Of a stretch of DNA of 64,000 nt, positions 38,527 through 47,923 are shown in pieces. The translations under genes were made by a program, and so were the position numbers. Positions within the stretch are counted from its first letter, which is position 1; each line of letters starts with the position of its first letter. Origin of the DNA: Acidimicrobiaceae bacterium (GTDB taxonomy: Bacteria; Actinomycetota; Acidimicrobiia; Acidimicrobiales; Aldehydirespiratoraceae); NCBI GenBank assembly GCA_026708645.1, contig JAPOUM010000004.1, positions 33,760-97,759 on the forward strand, read 5' to 3'. Below the pieces are notes generated by a model. The model saw only the letters and a list, made by a program, of their open reading frames with translations, did no database searches and was not told the origin of the DNA.

Positions 38527-39306
38527 ATGATGCGAAAGCTGCTGCCGGAACCTGCGTCCGATGTGGATCCGATGGAGCTCTACCCCTCTCTGGCGCGACC
38601 GAGACCGGCGAGCAGGCCTTGGCTGATGCTCAACATGATCTCGGCGGCTGACGGCGCCAGCGCCATCAACGGAGTCAGCGAACCGTTGGGCAACCCGGCC
38701 GATCAAGCCGTGTTCTCGGCGGTGCGAGCCTGCGCCGACTGGATAGTGGCCGCTGCCGACACCGTGCGAATCGAGCGCTATCAGATACCTCGCCCGTCTC
38801 AAGCCGCTCGACGAGCACGACTCGCAGCGGGCCGGCCCGAACAGCCCGGACTGGCCGTGGTGAGCGGCAGCCTCGACCTCGCCTCAGACCTGCCGCTCTT
38901 CGCCGATCAGCGCCCGGGTGAGCGGCTGCCGCTGATCCTCACGGGTCGAAGCGCCGACCCCGAAGCGGTAGAGGCGCTCAGCGGCGTGGCTGAGGTGGTG
39001 AGACTGGCCTCGCCTCAGCCTCAACCGGCTGAGATCATGGCGGAACTGCAGCGCCGCGGCGCAGACGTGGTGCTGAGCGAAGGGGGGCCCACGTTCAACG
39101 GGCAGCTCGCCGACGCGGCAATGATCGACGAGCTGTGCCTGTCGGTGGCGCCGCTGCTGGCGGGAGGCGACAGCACGAGGATCGTTCACGGATCGCGGCA
39201 GTCGCTGCCGCTGGAACTGCGCATGGATCATCTGCTCGAAGAATGCGGCACGCTGTTCGTCCGCTACCTGTGCAGCGGCCGCCGCAAGCCCGGCCCGAAG
39301 CAGTAG
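38527..39306 (+). CDS. RibD C-terminal domain / dihydrofolate-reductase-like reductase family protein
   Basis: NMISAADGA ... GGPTFNGQL ... DELCLSVAPLLAGG pattern. Confidence 0.7.
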   Translation: MMRKLLPEPASDVDPMELYPSLARPRPASRPWLMLNMISAADGASAINGVSEPLGNPADQAVFSAVRACADWIVAAADTVRIERYQIPRPSQAARRARLAAGRPEQPGLAVVSGSLDLASDLPLFADQRPGERLPLILTGRSADPEAVEALSGVAEVVRLASPQPQPAEIMAELQRRGADVVLSEGGPTFNGQLADAAMIDELCLSVAPLLAGGDSTRIVHGSRQSLPLELRMDHLLEECGTLFVRYLCSGRRKPGPKQ

Positions 39307-39388
39307 CCGCACAGCCCTGTCGTTGCCATTCGACCGGCCCGATGCGGGACAGGCCGCAAGCCCGGCCCGAAGCAGTAGCCGCACAGCC
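39281..39388 (+). repeat. 36-bp direct repeat x2, 72-bp period, first copy spans the stop codon of the reductase gene
   Basis: gccgcaagcccggcccgaagcagtagccgcacagcc occurs at 39281-39316 and 39353-39388. Confidence 0.95.
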
Positions 39389-39428
39389 GGCCCGCTGACG
39401 CTGCTCGCAGCCGCATGTGGGAGGCTTC

Positions 39429-39785
39429 TCATCGCGAGGCGCTCCCGGCCGACTCGGAGACAGTCGGAACAGGCCACGCTTCGACCTCGCCGTAGGGCAC
39501 TCGCTCGGGTCTCCCCAGCATCAATGCGGGCACCATCACAGCCGCCGCGACCAAGGCCACCGCCAGACGGCGACGACGGTAGACGGCCTGGGGCAATCGC
39601 GCGGCCCGAACGTCCGGCGAGGCTGCCGAGCAGCATCGTTGCTGAACTGCTCGGGCGACCGCTTCGCCCCGCAGCGGCGCGGCCGGCTCGCCCACCAGTT
39701 CAAACACTTGTTCATGCACGATGTCAGCTTCGCGCGGGCCTGTGACATCGGGATGCTTGACAGCAAACGTTTGTTCTGAAAACAT
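39429..39785 (-). CDS. hypothetical single-TM protein divergent from lexA (weak call)
   Basis: ATG 39785 gives MFSEQTFAVKHPD... with a TM-like RRRRLAVALVAAAVMVPALML. No recognisable domain. One LexA-like box lies inside it. Confidence 0.2.
   Translation of the reverse strand: MFSEQTFAVKHPDVTGPREADIVHEQVFELVGEPAAPLRGEAVARAVQQRCCSAASPDVRAARLPQAVYRRRRLAVALVAAAVMVPALMLGRPERVPYGEVEAWPVPTVSESAGSASR
39702..39713. promoter_or_regulatory. candidate LexA (SOS) box 1: AAACacttGTTC
   Basis: tcAAACacttGTTCat, read directly. Confidence 0.35.
39765..39776. promoter_or_regulatory. candidate LexA box 2: AAACgtttGTTC, over the -35 position of a TATAAT hexamer at 39789-39794
   Basis: gcAAACgtttGTTCtg. TATAAT lies 12 bp downstream on the plus strand. 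Confidence 0.4.
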
Positions 39786-39882
39786 GTGTATAATTGGAAC
39801 GGAAGCCTGCATTCGATCACCTCCCAGCTCAACGTCGAACCCGCCTCTTAGTCGCAACATCGATGCAGGATTTCGTTTGAGC

Positions 39883-39894
39883 AAACTTTTGTTC
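39883..39894. promoter_or_regulatory. candidate LexA box 3: AAACttttGTTC
   Basis: gcAAACttttGTTCac, 68 bp upstream of the lexA ATG. Confidence 0.45.
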
Positions 39895-39909
39895 ACAAAC
39901 CCTACCAGC

Positions 39910-39921
39910 AAACATCCGTTC
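39910..39921. promoter_or_regulatory. candidate LexA box 4: AAACatccGTTC
   Basis: gcAAACatccGTTCat, 41 bp upstream of the lexA ATG. Confidence 0.45.
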
Positions 39922-39961
39922 ATGCAACGGGTGTTTGCCTGATCCAGATAGGAGCAACACC

Positions 39962-40615
39962 ATGCCATCCCGCCCCTACCGCAAGCCGCTCAGCGGCCGT
40001 CGTCGGCAGATCCTCGACGCGATCATCGAGTTCCAGAAGGAGCACGGCTTCTCGCCGTCGATGCGCGAGATCGCCGCCAAGGTCGGCCTGAAGTCCCCGG
40101 CTTCGATAAAAGCTCACCTCGGGGTGCTCAACGAGGCCGGCTACGTGCGGGTCGATCCCATCCGTCCCCGAGCCATCGAAGTGCGCTACGACGAGAACAC
40201 CGGCGCCGCGGTCGAGCGCAGCCCGGTGCGCCACGTGCCGCTCGTCGGGGCTGTGGCCGCCGGTGCAGGCGTGCTGGCCGCGGAGAACGTGGAAGAACTG
40301 GTGCCGGTGCCGGCGAACCTCGCCGGCGAAGGCGACCTCTTCATGCTGCAGGTGCGCGGCGCCTCGATGACCGACGCCGGCATCTTCGACGGCGACTATG
40401 TGGTGTGCCGCTCCCAGAACACGGCCGATGACGGCGAGATCGTGGTGGCCGGGATCGAAGACGGCCAAGAGGCCACCGTCAAGCGGCTGCGTCGCCGCTC
40501 CGGCCCCAAGCCGATCGTGCTGGAACCTGCGAACGAGGCGTTCAGCTCCGTGGAGTACGGCCTCGATGAAGTGACCATCTACGGCAAGGTGGTCACCATG
40601 ATCCGCCGCTACTGA
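39962..40615 (+). CDS. lexA: LexA repressor
   Basis: wHTH LSGRRRQILDAIIEFQKEHGFSPSMREIA. Cleavage/catalytic region VAAGAG ... RGASMTDAGI ... VKRL. Start set at ATG 39962. Confidence 0.9.
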   Translation: MPSRPYRKPLSGRRRQILDAIIEFQKEHGFSPSMREIAAKVGLKSPASIKAHLGVLNEAGYVRVDPIRPRAIEVRYDENTGAAVERSPVRHVPLVGAVAAGAGVLAAENVEELVPVPANLAGEGDLFMLQVRGASMTDAGIFDGDYVVCRSQNTADDGEIVVAGIEDGQEATVKRLRRRSGPKPIVLEPANEAFSSVEYGLDEVTIYGKVVTMIRRY

Positions 40616-40842
40616 CGACCGGCGCCCTGCTGCCAGGCGCAGCGGGAGCGCTGATGCCACCAGCCCCGAGCCGCTGCTAGCACCCGGTCGCCTCTCCCCC
40701 GCCCCGCAATGCCGTCAACCAACGCCATAAACCAGCCCCCAGCCCCCGCGTGACCGGTGCGGAGTCCGCCGGTTCGCCTGTCGGCCTGTCTGCCCAACCC
40801 GGCCTAGCCCGGCCTGGCTGCTAGACCGGCTCGAACTGGCTG

Positions 40843-41973
40843 CTAGACGGGAGTGGTGAGCAGGGTTTTGAGGGCTCTGTGAACCGTCGTCAGGTCGGAT
40901 CGTTCGACGCGCTCGGCGGCTGCGTGAGCCAGCAGCGGATCTCCAGGGCCGAAGTTCGACGCGGGCACGCCACGAGCAGAGAAGAAGGCTGCGTCGGTCC
41001 AACCCAGCTTGGCGCGCGCCGGCGCTCCCGACATCCGCACCAACTCCACCAGCAGAGGATCTTGCAGCCCCGGCAGAGCTCCCGGCGCCGAGTCGACGAC
41101 TTCGACGTTGTCACCGTCGTCGAGCACCGGGGCGAGCAGTTCCCGGATGTGCTCGGAGGCTTGGGCGACGCTGCGGTCAGGCGCGAAACGGTGGTTCAAG
41201 AGCAGTTTCGCCTCGTCGGGCACCACATTGCCGGCCACGCCGCCGCTCACCGCCACCGCTTCGAGGCCTTCTCGGTATTCGCAGCCCTCGATCACGGGCA
41301 GTCGCGGGCGGTAATCCGCAGCCACCGCCAGCACGCCGGCCAACCTGTGTATGGCGTTGCGGCCCATCCAGCCCCGAGCCGAATGAGCTCTTTTGCCGCG
41401 CAAGGTCACCTCGAAACGCATGGTGCCCTGACAGCCGGCCTCGACCACACCGTTGGTCGGCTCGCCCAGCAGCGCCACATCGGCTTGCAGCAGATCCTCA
41501 CGAGCCGCGGCCACCTCCAGCAGCCCGTTGTCGGCCGCCCCGACCTCTTCGCGGGCGTAGAACACGAAAGTCACGTCAACCGCGGGCGCGCTCACGCTGA
41601 GCGCCAAGTCGAGCAGCACCGCCACCCCGCCTTTCATGTCGACTGATCCCAGACCCCACAGCACGTCGCCATCTATTCGAGGCTCGGCGTTGTTGTTGGC
41701 GGGAACCGTGTCGGTGTGGCCGGCCAGCAGGATGCGCCGACCGCTGCCGCTGCCGAGACGGGTGCGCGCCACGAGGTTGTCGCCGATCCGTTCCACTTCA
41801 AGATGCTCGGCTCTGCGCAGCTCGGCTTCGATCAGGTCGGTGATGCGCTGCTCGTTGAAGCTCTCAGAAGGCACCCCGACCAACGCGGCCGTCAAAGCGA
41901 ACAAGTCGCCCGTCGTCAGGGCTTGGCGCAGCGGCTCGCGGCGCGGCGCGGCGCTGTGGGGAACGCAGGTCAC
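40843..41973 (-). CDS. dapE: succinyl-diaminopimelate desuccinylase (M20 peptidase)
   Basis: M20 motifs LAGHTDTV and GSVDMKGG. Adjacent to dapD. Confidence 0.8.
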   Translation of the reverse strand: MTCVPHSAAPRREPLRQALTTGDLFALTAALVGVPSESFNEQRITDLIEAELRRAEHLEVERIGDNLVARTRLGSGSGRRILLAGHTDTVPANNNAEPRIDGDVLWGLGSVDMKGGVAVLLDLALSVSAPAVDVTFVFYAREEVGAADNGLLEVAAAREDLLQADVALLGEPTNGVVEAGCQGTMRFEVTLRGKRAHSARGWMGRNAIHRLAGVLAVAADYRPRLPVIEGCEYREGLEAVAVSGGVAGNVVPDEAKLLLNHRFAPDRSVAQASEHIRELLAPVLDDGDNVEVVDSAPGALPGLQDPLLVELVRMSGAPARAKLGWTDAAFFSARGVPASNFGPGDPLLAHAAAERVERSDLTTVHRALKTLLTTPV

Positions 41974-42140
41974 GTCAACCTTGTCGCAAAGCAGTAGACA
42001 CCCTGGACACGGCGGTCACGCTAATGGGAGAGCCGACAGCAGCCATACGCCGACGAGGCTGTGTCCCGAGCATCCCTCGCCGCCGCCACGAGCAGCAGCG
42101 ACAACGACATCCTCGCGACACGACTGACTCTCACTCGGCG

Positions 42141-42213
42141 CAGGCCTCTCTGCAGCAGGCCCTCTGTAAAAGGCTCTCTGCAAAAGGCTCTCTGTAGCAG
42201 GCTCTCTGCAAAC
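42141..42213. repeat. 14-15 bp tandem repeat x5 (aggctctctgcaaa-like) abutting the dapD stop codon
   Basis: Units at 42141, 42156, 42171, 42185 and 42199. Confidence 0.9.
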
Positions 42214-42215
42214 AC

Positions 42216-43091
42216 CTAGGCACTGGCGCCGTGATTGCGCAGGATCTCGTTGAGCGCCGACTTGTCGTGGCGTTCGCCCTCGCTGAGTTGCTTGATCACC
42301 AAGACTGCCGGCAGCCCGAACTCGCCGCCGGCGAACTCCCGGCGGCGTGTGCCGGCCACGGCCACCGACCAGGCGGGCACCTCGCCACGGCTCAGCTCGA
42401 CGCCGCTCTCGACGTCGATCACAGGTATCGAAGCGGTCAGGATCGCCCCGGCGCCCAGCACGGCGCCCCTGCCGACACGGGCGCCCTCGGCGACGATGCA
42501 GCGGCTCCCGATCAGGCACTCGTCCTCGACGATCACCGGTCGCGCCACCGGGGGTTCGAGCACGCCGCCGATGCCGACCCCGCCCGAAAGATGCACGTTG
42601 GCGCCTATCTGGGCGCAGGATCCGACCGTGGCCCAGGTATCGACCATCGTGCCGGCACCCACGTGCGCGCCGATGTTGATGTAGCTGGGCATCATGATCA
42701 CTCCGGGCGCCTGGTAGCTGCCCCAACGCGCCGAAGCTCCCGGCACCACTCGCACGCCACGCGCCGCGTAGTCGGTTTTGAGCGGGATCTTGTCGGCGAA
42801 CTCGAAAGGCCCCAGCTCTGTGGTGCTCATCTCGGCCGTGGCGAACAGCAGCAGGATCGCCTGCTTGCACCACTGGTTGACTGTGACGCTGCCGTCGTCG
42901 TTGATCTCGGCCACGCGCGCCTCGCCTGAGTCGAGAGCGTTGATGGCTTGACGGATGGCGGCAGTCGTCTCAGGATCGGAGGCGTCAAGGCTCGAGCGCT
43001 CCGCCCAGAGTTCTTCGATGCGGGCTGCGAGTTCGGCGAATCGAAGGTTTGCAGCAGTTGCGCCGGCTGCGGCGGTTTCAGTTGTGGACAC
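42216..43091 (-). CDS. dapD: tetrahydrodipicolinate N-succinyltransferase
   Basis: Left-handed beta-helix hexapeptide repeats (IGAHVGAGTMVD..., IGANVHLSGGVGIGG). dap cluster context. Confidence 0.85.
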   Translation of the reverse strand: MSTTETAAAGATAANLRFAELAARIEELWAERSSLDASDPETTAAIRQAINALDSGEARVAEINDDGSVTVNQWCKQAILLLFATAEMSTTELGPFEFADKIPLKTDYAARGVRVVPGASARWGSYQAPGVIMMPSYINIGAHVGAGTMVDTWATVGSCAQIGANVHLSGGVGIGGVLEPPVARPVIVEDECLIGSRCIVAEGARVGRGAVLGAGAILTASIPVIDVESGVELSRGEVPAWSVAVAGTRRREFAGGEFGLPAVLVIKQLSEGERHDKSALNEILRNHGASA

Positions 43092-43102
43092 GATCCATGA
43101 GG

Positions 43103-44290
43103 CTACTCGCCGGCTGCCGATGCGAGCCGCTGCAGGGCCGACTCGAGGCGGCTTGCGGGTTGGACTGCTGCAATGCGCACACAGGCCCGAGGATCAGGCC
43201 CCTTGAGTTCGCCCGCGTCGCCGGAGTGCTCGCTCGGCGGATCGCCGGTCGTGTAGAACTCGCCGGGGCTCACAACCAGGCCGCAACGCCGAGCCAGCAA
43301 ATCCGCGAACGCCCAAGCGTCGCCGCCGGGTGACACAGCCCACAGGTAGAACGCCCCAGCCGGAAGCGATGCTTGAGCACCTGCCGCCGCGGCGATCTCC
43401 GCAAGCAGCGCCAGGCGCCGCTGATAGCGGGCAGCCTGCTCGACGACGTGATCCTGGTCGTCCCATGCCGCGACAGCTGCAGCCTGCACAGGTCCGGGAA
43501 CCATGAATCCAGCGTGCTTGCGGCATTCGCTCAGGTAGTCGACCAGTTCGGCGTCGCCAGCGTAGAACCCGGCGCGGACACCGGCCATGTTCGAACGCTT
43601 CGACAGGGAGTGCAACGCCAGCACACCTTCTGTGCCGTGTTCGACGATGCTGCGCGGCGGGCCCTGCCAGGTGAACTCGGCGTAGCACTCGTCGCTGACG
43701 ACCGGCACTCTGTGACGGCGCCCCCACTGCGCCGCGGCCGCCAGATCCTCGAGTCCTCCGGCGGGATTGCCCGGCGAGTTGACCCACAGGCACAGTGCCC
43801 GCTCACGGTCGCCGGGGCTGATCGAGTCGAGGTCGATGCAGAAACGGTGGTCCACCGCCACCGGCACACCGCGGCAGCCGGCCAGGACTGCTCCCATGGC
43901 ATAAGACGGATACGACACCGCTGGATACAGCACCGTGTCGCGCTGAGGCCATCGCAGCTTGAGGTAGTGCGGCAGAGAAACAACGAACTCTTTGCTGCCG
44001 ATGCAGGCCGCCAACTCTGTCCGCTCGTCGACAGACGCGCCGAAACGGCGCTGCAACCAGCCTGCTGCGGCTTCACGGTAAGCAGCGCTGCCGGCGGCGG
44101 TCGGATAACCGCTCTCTGCGCCCGACGATCCCAGAGCAGCGATCACCTGCGGAGGCGGAGGGTCGCAGGGAGTGCCGATGGAGCAGTCGACCACGCCTCC
44201 GCCCAGAGCCGCCGCCTGAGACTTCAACGAGGAGAGGCGCTCATAGGGATGCGCAGGCGGGATGAAACCCTCAGCCGGTTCACCGCTCAT
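43103..44290 (-). CDS. dapC: class I/II aminotransferase, probably succinyldiaminopimelate transaminase
   Basis: PLP fold with SLSKRSNMAGVRAGF (Lys motif). Next to dapD. Start set at ATG 44290. Confidence 0.7.
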   Translation of the reverse strand: MSGEPAEGFIPPAHPYERLSSLKSQAAALGGGVVDCSIGTPCDPPPPQVIAALGSSGAESGYPTAAGSAAYREAAAGWLQRRFGASVDERTELAACIGSKEFVVSLPHYLKLRWPQRDTVLYPAVSYPSYAMGAVLAGCRGVPVAVDHRFCIDLDSISPGDRERALCLWVNSPGNPAGGLEDLAAAAQWGRRHRVPVVSDECYAEFTWQGPPRSIVEHGTEGVLALHSLSKRSNMAGVRAGFYAGDAELVDYLSECRKHAGFMVPGPVQAAAVAAWDDQDHVVEQAARYQRRLALLAEIAAAAGAQASLPAGAFYLWAVSPGGDAWAFADLLARRCGLVVSPGEFYTTGDPPSEHSGDAGELKGPDPRACVRIAAVQPASRLESALQRLASAAGE

Positions 44291-44318
44291 TGTGGCCTCT
44301 GCTCGGTGTGACCACCGC

Positions 44319-45785
<1,467 letters not shown>

Positions 45786-45788
<3 letters not shown>

Positions 45789-45900
45789 ACGGTTCTCATC
45801 TCGCGGTTCTCATCCTGCGGTTCTCATCCTGCGGTGCTCATCTGCGCGGTTCTCGTCTGCGCGGGTCTCATCTGCGCGAGTCTCATGCGGGTTCTCATGC
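45786..45900. repeat. 14-15 bp tandem repeat, about 8 units, each carrying a copy of the hflX start region
   Basis: Plus-strand ggttctcatcctgc units from 45791 to 45900. The minus strand reads ..gcaggATGAGAACC.. repeatedly. The last unit merges into the real ATG at 45788. Confidence 0.9.
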
Positions 45901-45914
45901 GACGGACTCGGGGC

Positions 45915-46772
45915 TCACGCGGCGAAGTCGGGCACTTCGACGGCGGCGACGTAGGCCGACTCCGCTTGCAGCGTCACAGGCTCGGCGAGGTCCACCTCCG
46001 CGTGGCCGCCGTCCATGCCCACGCTGACTCGTTGACCCACGACACCCCAGCGGTGAAACGCCGCCGCGACGGCGACTGCGCCGGTGCCGCAAGCGCCAGT
46101 GGCGCCTGCGCCACGCTCCCAGACGGCCAGAGTCAACCAGTCCGGCTCGGCCACAGTGGCGAAATGCACGTTGATGCCGCTGCTGAAGACCGACTCGACG
46201 GCCGGCCCGGCACTCGAGATTCTGACCATCTCAGGCTTCTCTACATAAAACACGATGTGCGGGTTGCCCACGTCCAGTGTGACCCATGCGATCAGTTCTT
46301 GAGGACCCAGGAAAGATCCGAGAGCCGCGACCGGGTCGCACCCTGCGAGGTCGGGTCGCGGGCCGTCGCTGACGCTTCCCATCTCGGTGACCCCGAAGAC
46401 TGTTCCGGCGGCGGCGCTCTGCGCGACGGTGCAGCGGCGGGGACCCGCCACAGTGCTTACGGTGACGTCGAGTTGTGCGACGCCCGTCTCGTGGGCGATG
46501 GCATGCGTCAAGCACCTCAATCCGTTTCCCGACACTTCGGCGTGCGAGCCGTCTGAGTTCCACAACCTCATGGCGGCGCGGCGCGGCGCCTGCTGCGCGG
46601 CGCTGAGCCCGGGCGGATCAACGACCGCGTAGATCAGCCCGTCGGCGCCTACTCCCTCTTTTCGGTCGCACAGCTTCAGCGCCTGATGAGCGCCTTGATC
46701 CGAGCTGGGCATCGCATCCACGAACCGGATCAGGAAGTCGTTGCCCAAACCGTGCAGTTTGTGCAGTCTCAT
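45915..46772 (-). CDS. dapF: diaminopimelate epimerase
   Basis: MRLHKLHGLGNDFLI, SGNGLRC and CGTGA catalytic Cys motifs. The start is ATG 46772, or possibly 46787. Confidence 0.85.
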   Translation of the reverse strand: MRLHKLHGLGNDFLIRFVDAMPSSDQGAHQALKLCDRKEGVGADGLIYAVVDPPGLSAAQQAPRRAAMRLWNSDGSHAEVSGNGLRCLTHAIAHETGVAQLDVTVSTVAGPRRCTVAQSAAAGTVFGVTEMGSVSDGPRPDLAGCDPVAALGSFLGPQELIAWVTLDVGNPHIVFYVEKPEMVRISSAGPAVESVFSSGINVHFATVAEPDWLTLAVWERGAGATGACGTGAVAVAAAFHRWGVVGQRVSVGMDGGHAEVDLAEPVTLQAESAYVAAVEVPDFAA

Positions 46773-46803
46773 ATGCTCGCGAACCATACCCGAAAGGGCG
46801 CCG

Positions 46804-47874
46804 TCACAGGCCGAGCGAAGCGCCTGCTCGCTGCTGGGCGCCGCGGTCGCGCTCCCGGGGCCTTCGGTCGGGCACGGGGGACTCGGCGGCGCTCTGCCAC
46901 AGACTATGCACCGTGCGGGCGCAGCCGGGAGCTTCAACCCAGTGAATCCGCGGATCGCGCAGGAACCAGCGCTGCTGGCGGCGAGCGAAACGACGGATTC
47001 TGCTCAGCGCCGACGCTACGGCCTCATCCAGAGTGGTCTCACCGTTCAGGTGTCCGAACAGCTCCTTGTAGCCGAGAGCCTGCGACGCGCTCCGCGAAAT
47101 CTGCCCGGCCGCCAGAACCTTCGCCTCTTCGAGGAGGCCGCCGGCCAGCTGCTGCTCGAAGCGGCGTTCGATGCGCTCGTCGAGCCAGCGGCGGTCGCAT
47201 TTCAAGCCCACCTGCACAAATGATGCAGGCGGATAGTGCGACAAGCCGGGACCGTGCGACGAGAACTTTCTGCCGCTGCCGACGGTCACTTCCAAAGCTC
47301 TCAGGATCCTGCGCCGGTTGGTCGGCTCGATGCGCTCTGCTGCCACCGGGTCTAGTTCGCACAGCCGCCGATAAAGGGACGCGTCGTCGGGCTCGGCTTC
47401 CAGTTCGGCGCGCGCCTCGGGGTAGCGACCGGGGATCCGCAGATCGTCGATCACGGCTCTCACATACAGGCCGGTGCCGCCTACCAGCAGCGCCGCAGCG
47501 TTGCGGCCGCGAATGTCTTCGAGCGCTGCCACGGCGCGGCGCTGCAGCTGCGCCACAGTGAACTCCTCGCTCGGGGCCACCAGATCAATCAGATGATGCG
47601 GTATCTCGTCTCGCTCGTCCGGGGTCGCTTTGGCGGTGCCCGCATCCATGCCCGCGTAAACCTGCATCGAGTCGAGCGACACGATCTCGGCGCCGTGGCC
47701 CGCTCGACGGATCAGGCGCGCCACACCGAGCGCCAGCTGCGACTTGCCCGCGGCGGTCGGCCCGACGATCACCAGCGGCCTCGCCAGGCAAGGCTCGGCG
47801 GGCACTGCCGATTCGCTTGCCGACGGATCGGTCAACTCAGCGGCCGAGCCGACAGGAAAGCCGGCCATGTCCAT
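46804..47874 (-). CDS. miaA: tRNA dimethylallyltransferase
   Basis: P-loop GPTAAGKS. Position upstream of dapF and downstream of miaB. The exact start is uncertain. Confidence 0.9.
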   Translation of the reverse strand: MDMAGFPVGSAAELTDPSASESAVPAEPCLARPLVIVGPTAAGKSQLALGVARLIRRAGHGAEIVSLDSMQVYAGMDAGTAKATPDERDEIPHHLIDLVAPSEEFTVAQLQRRAVAALEDIRGRNAAALLVGGTGLYVRAVIDDLRIPGRYPEARAELEAEPDDASLYRRLCELDPVAAERIEPTNRRRILRALEVTVGSGRKFSSHGPGLSHYPPASFVQVGLKCDRRWLDERIERRFEQQLAGGLLEEAKVLAAGQISRSASQALGYKELFGHLNGETTLDEAVASALSRIRRFARRQQRWFLRDPRIHWVEAPGCARTVHSLWQSAAESPVPDRRPRERDRGAQQRAGASLGL

Positions 47875-47923
47875 ACGCCGACGAGGCCGCGCAGCGAGCA
47901 GCCCGTGAACTCAGCGCTCACGC

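Noticed and set aside
39429-39968. Full 179-aa minus ORF divergent from lexA as a LysM-type SOS gene (as next to lexA in mycobacteria)
   Set aside because: No LysM motif is present. The upstream third overlaps the lexA start and the promoter boxes. Only a shorter, low-confidence version is listed.
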